A stretch of DNA of 64,000 bases from Clostridia bacterium. GTDB taxonomy: Bacteria; Bacillota; Clostridia; Oscillospirales; CAG-272. Every line of letters starts with the position of its first letter. Position 1 is the first letter of the stretch. The stretch covers positions 165,229 to 229,228 of the forward strand of contig JAFUNJ010000009.1 of assembly GCA_017482355.1 (NCBI GenBank), read 5' to 3'. The notes under the pieces are model-generated. The model made no database searches and was not told the DNA's origin. It saw only the letters and a program-made list of their open reading frames with translations. Position numbers and translations under genes: made by a program. Positions 37,121-45,501 of this stretch are shown here, in pieces.

Positions 37121-37173
37121 AGCCGAAACGAAATTCCCGAAAAAATGAGCAAAATGGATTTTTCGTTTCGGCT
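37121..37173 (+). other. Long-stem hairpin in the only sizeable intergenic gap inside the paralogue array
   Basis: AGCCGAAACGAAA (37121-37133) pairs with TTTCGTTTCGGCT (37161-37173) around a ~27-nt loop. There is no U-tract after it, so it is probably not a full terminator. Confidence 0.5.
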
Positions 37174-37197
37174 TGGAGGGCATTATCGGAGGATATT

Positions 37198-38853
37198 ATG
37201 AAAAAACTTTTGCTATTAATTATCACGTTTTCCATGATAATTTCGCTTTTTGCGTGCAATAAGGATGGTGGAAAAAAGGATGACGGCGAAAGCGCAGGAA
37301 ACGGCGAAACCGGAGAAAATGAAGTTATCAACGTAAGTGCGTGGACAACGCATCTGACTGATAAGCAGATAGCTAACGTTAAGCCCAAGGATATAAGCTC
37401 GGGCACTGTTTACGACCTTTATATGATGAGAGGCGAGACTGAGGGCTGTCAGCTTATTATATACAGTGATAAGGACATCAAAAAGGGTGTCATGGAATCG
37501 GAGCTTAATAAGTACGAAGACAAGAACCTGACTTCGGAAATATTCATAATGAACAGATCTCATAACATAAAGGGAAAGAAATGGACGGACTCCGCTGTTC
37601 CTTATTACGGCACGAAGATCGCTTTTGATTCGAGATTGGTAATTCCGTTTATCGTTGAATTTACTACTACAAAGGATACTCCCGCAGGCGATTATACTTA
37701 TAGCTATGAGTTCAAAAATGCGGCAAGCGACGAAGCTTTGGCGAGCTTTACCGTAAACGTACACGTTTGGGATATAGTTCTTCCCGAAGAAAAGACCTTT
37801 GCGACCTCGGCAGGAATAAACGGCGCTCAGATCTCAAGATTTGACAGAGGTTCCGAGATGTATAAAAAGTACTACGATATGCTTCTCGAGCATAATATCT
37901 GCGGACACGTGCTGCCTTACGATATTCTCGACGAGAGAGCAGAGGCGTATATGTCCGATCCTCGCGTAACGTCGTTCGTTATCGGAATCTGGGACGCAAA
38001 GCTTTGGGACGACGAGAAGCTCCTTCAGTATTATAACCGCGTAAAAGAGAACCCCGAATGGTTCAAAAAGGCGATATTCTACGTTATAGACGAGCCGACT
38101 ACCGAGGAAGCACTGGCTAATTACAGGGAATATTGCGACCGTTTTGCAAAGCTTTGCCCCGGAATCGGTGTTATCGCGCCCTTCTATACCAATACCCAGA
38201 CGGGCGTAGGCAAGGACCAGGTAGACGCAATGGCGCCGAGCACGATCCTTTGGTGTCCTAAGCTCTGCCTTTGGGACGACAGCGAGTCCTATGATCCTTT
38301 TCTTGATTACACTCCCGAAAAATCCTTCGCTGAGAGAATGAAGGAATTTCAGGCAGAGGGTGACGTTGTTTGGGCATACGTTTGTAACGCTCCGACGTCT
38401 CCTTACGCACAGCTCTTTATTGATACCGACGGTCTTGTTCAGCGACTTATGATGTGGCAGCACTATCAGCGCGATATCGAGGGCTTCCTTTACTGGGGAG
38501 TCTCGACGTGGGGTTATGACGGCAAGAACGTCGACCCATGGGAGAAGCCGTTCAACGGTGTTGGCGACGGCAATGGAAATCTCGTTTACGGAGAGGGCTT
38601 CCTCTTCTATCCCGGCACACCCATTGGTATTCCGGGACCGATTGCGACGAGCCGTCTTAAGATCCTCCGCGACGGAATCGACGACATCGAGATGTTCTAC
38701 CTTGCAGAAAAGTATCTCGATAAGGAATGGCTGATGGAAAAGATAAATGAGGCAACTCCGTCTCTTACATCCTATACATCTGAAGAAAACTTCTATAAGA
38801 TTCGTAAAGAAATAGGCGACGCGCTTGAAGCGGCACTTAAAAATCAAAAATAA
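37198..38853 (+). CDS. DUF4091/GH123-like putative glycoside hydrolase lipoprotein, paralogue P4
   Basis: Lipobox IISLFAC-NKD. Motif ladder complete (AWTTHLTDKQIANVKPK, GETEGCQ, HVWDIVLPEEKTF, FYVIDEPTT, LWCPKLCLWDDSESY, WAYVCNAPTSPYAQLF, GFLYW, SRLKILRDGIDDIE). Confidence 0.6.
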   Translation: MKKLLLLIITFSMIISLFACNKDGGKKDDGESAGNGETGENEVINVSAWTTHLTDKQIANVKPKDISSGTVYDLYMMRGETEGCQLIIYSDKDIKKGVMESELNKYEDKNLTSEIFIMNRSHNIKGKKWTDSAVPYYGTKIAFDSRLVIPFIVEFTTTKDTPAGDYTYSYEFKNAASDEALASFTVNVHVWDIVLPEEKTFATSAGINGAQISRFDRGSEMYKKYYDMLLEHNICGHVLPYDILDERAEAYMSDPRVTSFVIGIWDAKLWDDEKLLQYYNRVKENPEWFKKAIFYVIDEPTTEEALANYREYCDRFAKLCPGIGVIAPFYTNTQTGVGKDQVDAMAPSTILWCPKLCLWDDSESYDPFLDYTPEKSFAERMKEFQAEGDVVWAYVCNAPTSPYAQLFIDTDGLVQRLMMWQHYQRDIEGFLYWGVSTWGYDGKNVDPWEKPFNGVGDGNGNLVYGEGFLFYPGTPIGIPGPIATSRLKILRDGIDDIEMFYLAEKYLDKEWLMEKINEATPSLTSYTSEENFYKIRKEIGDALEAALKNQK

Positions 38854-38868
38854 TATACGGAGTAAGAA

Positions 38869-40518
38869 ATGAAAAAATTTTTACTTATCATTTTAACGCT
38901 TTCGATGCTTCTTTCACTCTTTGCATGCAATGAAGAAAGCAAAAAGAACGATGGCGAAGGCGGCGGAAAAAACGAAGTAAACAGTGAGATAAAGGTGGAA
39001 GCGTGGACAACGCATCTTACCGATAAGCAGATAGCTAACGTCAAGTCCAAGCCCGAGAACGCAAGCACAGTATATGACCTTTATATGATGAGGGGCGAAA
39101 CAGAGGGCTGTCAGCTTCTGATCTACAGCAGTGCGAAGATCAAAAAGAGCTTTTTGGATTTCGATTCCGATAAGTATGCGGATAAGAGCATAACCGCGAA
39201 TACTTATGTAATGAACGACACGGTCACTATCAAGAGGAAGGAATGGACCGATGCCGCTATGCCTTATTATGGCAGAAAGATCGCTTTTGCGGCGAAAAAG
39301 ACGATTCCTTTTATTGCTGAATTTACAACCACTAAGGATACTCCCGCAGGCGATTATACCTATACCTATGAGTTCAAGGACGGTACGACAAACGAGGTCT
39401 ATGCGACCTTTACGGTAAACGTTCACGTATGGGACATTGTTCTTCCCGAAGAAAAGACCTTTGCTACGTCCGTCGGAATCAACGCTTATCATATCGAAAG
39501 ATTTGATAAGGGCAACAAGATGTATAAGCAGTATTACGACCTTCTTCTTGAACACAATATCTGCGGACATACGCTTCCTTACGATATTATGTCCGAGGAG
39601 GCAGAAGCGTACATGTCCGATCCGAACGTAACGTCGTTCGTTATTGGACTTTGGAGCGCAAACACGTGGACTAATGAGAAGGTAGTTCAGTACTATAACC
39701 GCGTCAAGGAAAATCCCGAATGGTTCAAGAAGGCGTTCTTCTACGTTATCGACGAGCCGTCGACTGACGATAAAATTCAGGAGTATAACGAGATCTGTGA
39801 AAGATTTGCACGCCTTGCCCCCGGAATCGGCGTAATTGCTCCGTTCTATACGAATCAGCAGATGGGTGAGGGTAAGGATCAGGTAGACGCAATGGCTCCG
39901 AAGACCATTCTCTGGTGCCCGAAGCTCTGCCTCTGGGACGACAGTCAGTCATACGAACCCTTCCTCGATTATACGCCGTCAAAGACCTTTGCAGAGAGAA
40001 TGAAGGACTTCCAGAAGGAGGGGGACGTTGTCTGGTCATACGTATGTAACGACCCGATCTCTCCCTACGCACAGCTCTTTATAGATACCGACGGTCTTGT
40101 GCAGCGTCTTATGATGTGGCAGCACTATCAGCGTGAGATCGAGGGATTCCTCTACTGGCAGACTACCTCTTGGGGTTACCGCCAGGAAGGAAGCGATATG
40201 AACCCTTGGGAGAAGGCGTATAACGGCGTGCAGGACGGCGACGGCAGACCCGTTTACGGCGAGGGTTACCTCCTTTATCCCGGAACTCCCGTTGGCTTTG
40301 GCGGACCGGTTGCTTCAATTCGTCTGAAGATCCTCCGCGACGGAATCGACGATATCGAAATGTTCTACCTTGCAGAGAAGTATCTCGACAAGGATTGGCT
40401 TGACTCGAAGATCAATGAGGCAACTCCCTCCCTCACTTCCTATACGTCGGAAGAAAACTTCTACAAAATACGCAAAGAAATAGGCGACGCGCTTGAAGCG
40501 GAGCTTAAAGCAAAATAA
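38869..40518 (+). CDS. DUF4091/GH123-like putative glycoside hydrolase lipoprotein, paralogue P5
   Basis: Lipobox LLSLFAC-NEE. The closest relative of P4 (AWTTHLTDKQIANVKSK, FFYVIDEPST, identical C-terminal SLTSYTSEENFYKIRKEIGDALEA). Confidence 0.6.
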   Translation: MKKFLLIILTLSMLLSLFACNEESKKNDGEGGGKNEVNSEIKVEAWTTHLTDKQIANVKSKPENASTVYDLYMMRGETEGCQLLIYSSAKIKKSFLDFDSDKYADKSITANTYVMNDTVTIKRKEWTDAAMPYYGRKIAFAAKKTIPFIAEFTTTKDTPAGDYTYTYEFKDGTTNEVYATFTVNVHVWDIVLPEEKTFATSVGINAYHIERFDKGNKMYKQYYDLLLEHNICGHTLPYDIMSEEAEAYMSDPNVTSFVIGLWSANTWTNEKVVQYYNRVKENPEWFKKAFFYVIDEPSTDDKIQEYNEICERFARLAPGIGVIAPFYTNQQMGEGKDQVDAMAPKTILWCPKLCLWDDSQSYEPFLDYTPSKTFAERMKDFQKEGDVVWSYVCNDPISPYAQLFIDTDGLVQRLMMWQHYQREIEGFLYWQTTSWGYRQEGSDMNPWEKAYNGVQDGDGRPVYGEGYLLYPGTPVGFGGPVASIRLKILRDGIDDIEMFYLAEKYLDKDWLDSKINEATPSLTSYTSEENFYKIRKEIGDALEAELKAK

Positions 40519-40542
40519 AACATAATAACAAGGAGAAAAGCT

Positions 40543-41994
40543 ATGAAAACCTGGATGACTTACGGTTTTGATAAGATCGTAGCCGACAAGCCGGCGCCGA
40601 ACGAACTCAAAAAGACGTTTACCCTTTACCTTACAAAGGGCGGAAACGGCAACTGTCAGATCGCCGTCAACAGCGATACCGATACCGCGGTTTCTCTTAA
40701 AACGGTTTCGAGCGGCGTGAAGTGCGATATCTTTACAGCAGATCACACTCTTACGATAAACGGTCATCAGTATACCGACCCGATCCTTCCGTACAGCGGC
40801 GAGCCCATTGCCGTCAAGGGCGGAATGACACTTCCGTTCTTCCTTGATTTCAAGGCAGAGGAAGCGGGGGACTATACTGCGACCTTCGAGCTTTGCGAAA
40901 ACGGAAGCGTTGAGACCTTTACCGTTTCGCTTCACGTCTGGAGCTTTGCGCTTCCCGAAAATAAGACTTTTGCGACTGCCTGCGGTGTAAATGCGTACAG
41001 GATCGCAAAATATGATAAGTCCGAGGATGCTCATAAAAGATATTACGACTTTCTCCTTGAGCACTGTATGTGCGGATATGATCTACCCTACGATATTCTT
41101 GACGATAGAGCCGATGCTTATATGTCGGATCCCCGCGTAACGTCCTTTATCGTTCCTTCGGATGATGACGAAAAGACCGTGGCTTACGTAAATAAGATCA
41201 AGAGCAATCCCGTATGGCTAAGCAAGGCGCTCTTCTATTCGATCGACGAGCCGCACACACTTGAGCTTATAGAGACCTTTAAGCAAAAGGTTTCGCGTCT
41301 CAAGAATCTCGCTCCCGAAATTCCTTCGATCGTTCCCGTTTATACCAATCTTCAGGTCGGAGAGGGCAAGGATCAGTTCGACGAAATGGCTCCTTATCTT
41401 GACCTTTGGTGCCCGAAGCTCTGCCTCTGGGAGGACGGTCAGTCCTATACGCCTTTCCTTGACTATACCCCCGAAAAGAGCTTTGAAACGAGAATAAACG
41501 AGGTTATGGATAAGGGTCAGCGAGTTTGGTCTTACGTTTGTAACGACCCGATCACGCCCTACTCGCAGATGTATATCGACACCGACGGCCTTATGCAGCG
41601 TCTTCTTATGTGGCAGCATTATCAGAGAAAGATAATCGGCTTCCTTTACTGGAGCGTTGTTGCCTGGGTAAAAGGTGATAAGACTTCTTGGGAAGAGCCG
41701 TTCAACGGAATCGGCGACGGACAGGGAAAACCCGTTTACGGCTGCGGATATCTCGTATATCCCGGACAGCCCGTCGGATATGACGGACCTGTTGCTACCC
41801 AGCGTCTTAAGATACTTCGTGACGGTTTATCCGACGTTGAGCTTCTTGCTCTGGCAGAGAAGCATTTCGGACGCGAATGGGTAATGGAAAGAGTAAACGA
41901 GGCAACTCCGACACTTACCACTTACACTACTTATGACAGATTTGATGAAATAAGAAAAGAGATCGGTGACGCCCTAGAAGCGGCGCTCAAATAA
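40543..41994 (+). CDS. DUF4091/GH123-like putative glycoside hydrolase, paralogue P6, no signal peptide (cytoplasmic)
   Basis: Starts MKTWMTYGFDKIVADKPAP directly at the conserved W-T-x-x-F-D-K-I motif. GGNGNCQ replaces GETEGCQ. FYSIDEPHT, LWCPKLCLWEDGQSY, WSYVCNDPITPY and QRLKILRDGLSDVE are retained. Confidence 0.6.
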   Translation: MKTWMTYGFDKIVADKPAPNELKKTFTLYLTKGGNGNCQIAVNSDTDTAVSLKTVSSGVKCDIFTADHTLTINGHQYTDPILPYSGEPIAVKGGMTLPFFLDFKAEEAGDYTATFELCENGSVETFTVSLHVWSFALPENKTFATACGVNAYRIAKYDKSEDAHKRYYDFLLEHCMCGYDLPYDILDDRADAYMSDPRVTSFIVPSDDDEKTVAYVNKIKSNPVWLSKALFYSIDEPHTLELIETFKQKVSRLKNLAPEIPSIVPVYTNLQVGEGKDQFDEMAPYLDLWCPKLCLWEDGQSYTPFLDYTPEKSFETRINEVMDKGQRVWSYVCNDPITPYSQMYIDTDGLMQRLLMWQHYQRKIIGFLYWSVVAWVKGDKTSWEEPFNGIGDGQGKPVYGCGYLVYPGQPVGYDGPVATQRLKILRDGLSDVELLALAEKHFGREWVMERVNEATPTLTTYTTYDRFDEIRKEIGDALEAALK

Positions 41995-42026
41995 TCAGGA
42001 TCGATTTTACGAAAAGGAGAACTACT

Positions 42027-43532
42027 ATGAAAGCTTGGATAACTCAGAGTTTTGACAAAATTATCGCTGATATGCCCGCGCCTGAAAAGCTCGATAAGGA
42101 TATCACCCTTTATTTTACGAAGGGCGGAAAGGGCGGCTGTCACGTCGTTGTAAACAGCGACACCGATACGAAGGTATCCCTTAAAGCAATCGCCCCTGAG
42201 GGCGTTAAGTGCAAGATTTATTCCGAGGATCATATCCACGAAATACAGGGTCATCTTTTCGTTGACCCGATCGTTCCTTACGAGGGTGAAGCTCTTTCTG
42301 TTAAGTCAGGAATTTCGCTTCCTTTCTACGTTGATCTCGAAGCAAAAAACGCAGGCGATCACATCGTTACGCTCCTTCTTTGCGACGGTGACGGAAATAC
42401 CGTTGATACCTTTACTGCGAATCTGCACGTCTGTCATTTCTCGCTTCCTGCAGAGAAGAGCTTTGCGACTTCCGTCGGTATCAACAGATGGCATATCGGA
42501 CGCTTTGAACCCGAGCCCGATGCACATAAGTCGTATTATGACCTTCTTCTTGAAAACAATATCTGCGGTCATAATCTTCCGTACGATATCCTCGATCCCC
42601 GCGCAGACGCATATATGTCTGACCCGAACGTAACCTCCTTCGTTATCGGTCTTTGGGAAGCAAAGAACTGGTCGGACGAGAAGATAACCGAATACTTCAA
42701 CAAAGTTAAGAGCAATCCCGAATGGCTAAAGAAGGCGATCATTTACGTTATCGACGAGCCCTCGACCGAGGAAGCACTCGCAAAATACAAGGAGATCTGC
42801 GAAAGATTTGCCCGTCTTTGCCCCGGAATCGGAGTAATTTCTCCTTTCTATACGAACAAACAGATGGGCGATAAGATGGATCAGGTCGACGCTATGGCAC
42901 CCTCTACCATTCTATGGTGTCCCAAGCTCTGTCTTTGGGATGAGAGTCAGTCCTATACCCCTTTCCTTGACTATTCCCCTGAAAAGAGCTTCGGCGAGCG
43001 CTTTAAGGACTTCCAAAAGCGCGGAGATACCGTTTGGGGTTACGTTTGTAATGCACCGCTTACGCCTTATGCACAGCTCTTTATAGATACCGAAGGTCTT
43101 GTGCAGCGACTCATGATGTGGCAGCACTATCAGCGCGATATTACAGGTTTCCTCTACTGGGGGACTACCTCATGGGGCTATCACGGAAACGACGGTGTAA
43201 ACCCCTGGGATACCGCATATAACGGCGTAAGAGGGTGCAACCCCGGCGAGGAGGCAAATGCTGAACTCATTTGCGGAGAAGGATTCCTTATGTATCCAGG
43301 TTCCGTTATCGGACGCCCCGGTGCTATCGGTTCTATCCGTATGAAGATACTCCGCGATGCTCTTGACGATATCGAGCTTCTTGCGCTTGCGGAAAAGTAT
43401 CTTGGCAAGGATTGGGTAATGGCAAAGGTGGACGAGGCAACTCCCACTCTCACCAGCTATACCACTCCCGAAAGATTCATCGAGATCAGAAAAGAGATCG
43501 GTGACGCGCTCGAGGCGGTTGTAAAGCCGTAA
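42027..43532 (+). CDS. DUF4091/GH123-like putative glycoside hydrolase, paralogue P7, no signal peptide (cytoplasmic), mosaic
   Basis: Starts MKAWITQSFDKIIADMPAPE with GGKGGCH. The central region (SFVIGLWEAKNWSDEK...IIYVIDEPSTEEALAKYKEICERFARLCPGIGVISPFYTN) resembles P4/P5 rather than P6/P8. Confidence 0.6.
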   Translation: MKAWITQSFDKIIADMPAPEKLDKDITLYFTKGGKGGCHVVVNSDTDTKVSLKAIAPEGVKCKIYSEDHIHEIQGHLFVDPIVPYEGEALSVKSGISLPFYVDLEAKNAGDHIVTLLLCDGDGNTVDTFTANLHVCHFSLPAEKSFATSVGINRWHIGRFEPEPDAHKSYYDLLLENNICGHNLPYDILDPRADAYMSDPNVTSFVIGLWEAKNWSDEKITEYFNKVKSNPEWLKKAIIYVIDEPSTEEALAKYKEICERFARLCPGIGVISPFYTNKQMGDKMDQVDAMAPSTILWCPKLCLWDESQSYTPFLDYSPEKSFGERFKDFQKRGDTVWGYVCNAPLTPYAQLFIDTEGLVQRLMMWQHYQRDITGFLYWGTTSWGYHGNDGVNPWDTAYNGVRGCNPGEEANAELICGEGFLMYPGSVIGRPGAIGSIRMKILRDALDDIELLALAEKYLGKDWVMAKVDEATPTLTSYTTPERFIEIRKEIGDALEAVVKP

Positions 43533-43555
43533 TTTTTGACACACTGGAGCATAAT

Positions 43556-45052
43556 ATGAAAACATGGATAACTCACGGCTTCGATAAGATCATAGCCGAT
43601 ATGCCTGCGCCCGAGGTGCTTAAGAAAGAGTTTTCACTCTCTCTTACCAATGGCGGCGAGGGCGGCTGTCAGATCGCTCTCAGAAGCGAAACGGACGGTA
43701 AGGTACAGCTAAAAACGAAGTCTTGCGAGGGCGCTTCGGTCAAGCTCTATTCCGAGCATCTTACGCACGAAATTAAGGGTCACCGATATACCGACTGTAT
43801 CGTTCCTTACGAGGGCGAAATTCTCGATATTAAGGGCGGGCTTTCACTTCCTTTTTACCTTGATTTCAAGGCGGAGAGCGCAGGCGATCATACCGCTGTC
43901 TTTGAGCTTTGCGACGGTGAGGGCAATACTGTCGAAACCTTCACAGTAAAGCTTCACGTATGGAGTTTCTCGCTTCCCGAGACCAAAACTTTCGCGACTG
44001 CAGTCTGGACTGCCGAGCGCTATATAACGAAGTTTGATAGAGGCATGAAGGGCGACATCTGCGATAACTATAAGGAATACTACGACCTGCTTCTCGAGCA
44101 CGGTCTGTCTTCCTACAATCTTCCCTATGACGTTCTCGATCCCCGCGCGGACGAGTATATGTCAGACCCGAGAGTAACCTCCTTCGCGATCGGTATCTGG
44201 GCGCTTGACAACCTGACCGACGAGGAGCTTGCAGCTTATTACGATAAGCTTAAGAGCAACCCCGTCTGGCTGAGCAAGGCAATGGTATATCCGCTCGACG
44301 AGCCGAGAGAGCCGCATCATCTTATTAAGTACAGAGAGGCGTGCGAGCGCTTCATTCGACTCTGCCCCGAGATGAGCCGCGTGTCTCCCTTCTATACCAA
44401 TCTTCAGGTCGGAGAGGGGAGAGACCAGGTCGATGAGATGGCGCCGACTACTAATCACTGGTGCCCGAAGCTCTGTCTTTGGGACGACGATCAGTCGTAC
44501 GACGCGTTCCTTGACTATAAGCCCGAAAAGTCCTTTTGGACCCGTATGGATGAATATAAGGCAAAGGGCGATAAGATGTGGTGCTACGTTTGTAACGACC
44601 CGATAACTCCTTACGCTCAACTCTTTATCGACACTCCCGGAAATATGCAGAAGGCGATGTTCTGGCAGATGTATCAGAGAGATATAGACGGCTTCCTCTA
44701 CTGGGGAACCAACTATTGGGGCTACTGGGCAGGCGACGTCGATCCTTGGGAAAACGTCTGCAACGGAGTCGGCGACGGGCAGGGTAATCCCGTATACGGC
44801 GAGGGCTTCCTGCTCTATCCCGGAACGAAGATCGGCAAGCCCGGTCCTCTTGCGACCACCCGTCTTAAGACCATCCGCGATGCGGTAAACGATATTGAGC
44901 TCTTCAATCTCGCAGGAACGTATCTTGGCAGAGAATGGGTAAAGGAGCGCATAAATAAGGCGACTCCCTCCCTTACCGAATACGCGTCCGACGACGTTAT
45001 GGCGGAAGTCAGAGCAGAGATCGGAAACGCTCTTGAAAAGGCAATGAATTGA
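43556..45052 (+). CDS. DUF4091/GH123-like putative glycoside hydrolase, paralogue P8, no signal peptide (cytoplasmic)
   Basis: Starts MKTWITHGFDKIIADMPAPE with GGEGGCQ. VYPLDEPRE, HWCPKLCLWDDDQSY, WCYVCNDPITPYAQLF, GFLYW, TRLKTIRDAVNDIE. Confidence 0.6.
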   Translation: MKTWITHGFDKIIADMPAPEVLKKEFSLSLTNGGEGGCQIALRSETDGKVQLKTKSCEGASVKLYSEHLTHEIKGHRYTDCIVPYEGEILDIKGGLSLPFYLDFKAESAGDHTAVFELCDGEGNTVETFTVKLHVWSFSLPETKTFATAVWTAERYITKFDRGMKGDICDNYKEYYDLLLEHGLSSYNLPYDVLDPRADEYMSDPRVTSFAIGIWALDNLTDEELAAYYDKLKSNPVWLSKAMVYPLDEPREPHHLIKYREACERFIRLCPEMSRVSPFYTNLQVGEGRDQVDEMAPTTNHWCPKLCLWDDDQSYDAFLDYKPEKSFWTRMDEYKAKGDKMWCYVCNDPITPYAQLFIDTPGNMQKAMFWQMYQRDIDGFLYWGTNYWGYWAGDVDPWENVCNGVGDGQGNPVYGEGFLLYPGTKIGKPGPLATTRLKTIRDAVNDIELFNLAGTYLGREWVKERINKATPSLTEYASDDVMAEVRAEIGNALEKAMN

Positions 45053-45056
45053 TATA

Positions 45057-45086
45057 AGCCCACCCGAATATCGGGTGGGCTTATTT
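45057..45086 (+). terminator. Rho-independent terminator closing the paralogue array
   Basis: AAGCCCACCCGA-ATAT-CGGGTGGGCTTATTTTT. This is the first strong terminator after 29.8 kb. Confidence 0.85.
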
Positions 45087-45144
45087 TTACATAACGAAAA
45101 GAGAGCACTTCTTTACGAAGTGTCTTTCTTTTTGCAGGTGCGTT

Positions 45145-45501
45145 TTACTTTTTTTCTTTTTGAAAAAGATAATATAATCCCGAAAGGACGAGAAGTCCTC
45201 CGTACATTTTTGATAGAAGCGCGTTTTTGATAAGCGACGCGGCAAGAGATCCGAGGACTGCCATCGGGATGCCTCCGACGGAAATAATCGCAAAGGTCTT
45301 TAAGTCGATAAGCTTGTTTTTGCGGTTGACCGCAAAAGCTCCGACGGCTGACGAAAGGAAGAATAATAGATTCACTCCCTGCGCCGTTATCTGCTTCATG
45401 CCGCTGACGGCAGTAAGATAGAGAACGAATATTCCGCCACCGCCGCCGAGACCGCAGAGGATAGCTATAGCAAACGCGGCGGTAATATCGAGTATTATCA
45501 C
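45145..45501 (-). CDS. Half-size TSUP (TauE/SafE-like) membrane protein
   Basis: 118 aa, four hydrophobic segments. GLGGGGGIF and the IPMAVLGS pattern are typical of TauE/SafE repeats. GTG start overlaps the spoVAF stop (GTGA). Confidence 0.5.
   Translation of the reverse strand: MIILDITAAFAIAILCGLGGGGGIFVLYLTAVSGMKQITAQGVNLLFFLSSAVGAFAVNRKNKLIDLKTFAIISVGGIPMAVLGSLAASLIKNALLSKMYGGLLVLSGLYYLFQKEKK

Noticed and set aside
31398-45052. The regular ~1.5-1.7 kb periodicity could suggest a CRISPR-like, IS or integron-cassette array.
   Set aside because: The repeating units are full-length protein-coding paralogues with RBSs. There are no short direct repeats with spacers, no attC-like sites, and no transposase or integrase genes anywhere in the window.
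29801-45086. Considered calling the SBP+DUF4091 region a horizontally acquired genomic island.
   Set aside because: There is no flanking tRNA, no integrase and no direct repeats at the borders, and I see no obvious compositional break by eye. The inverted family B repeats at 21.1 and 62.6 kb are too distant to define it. The status cannot be decided without genome comparison.
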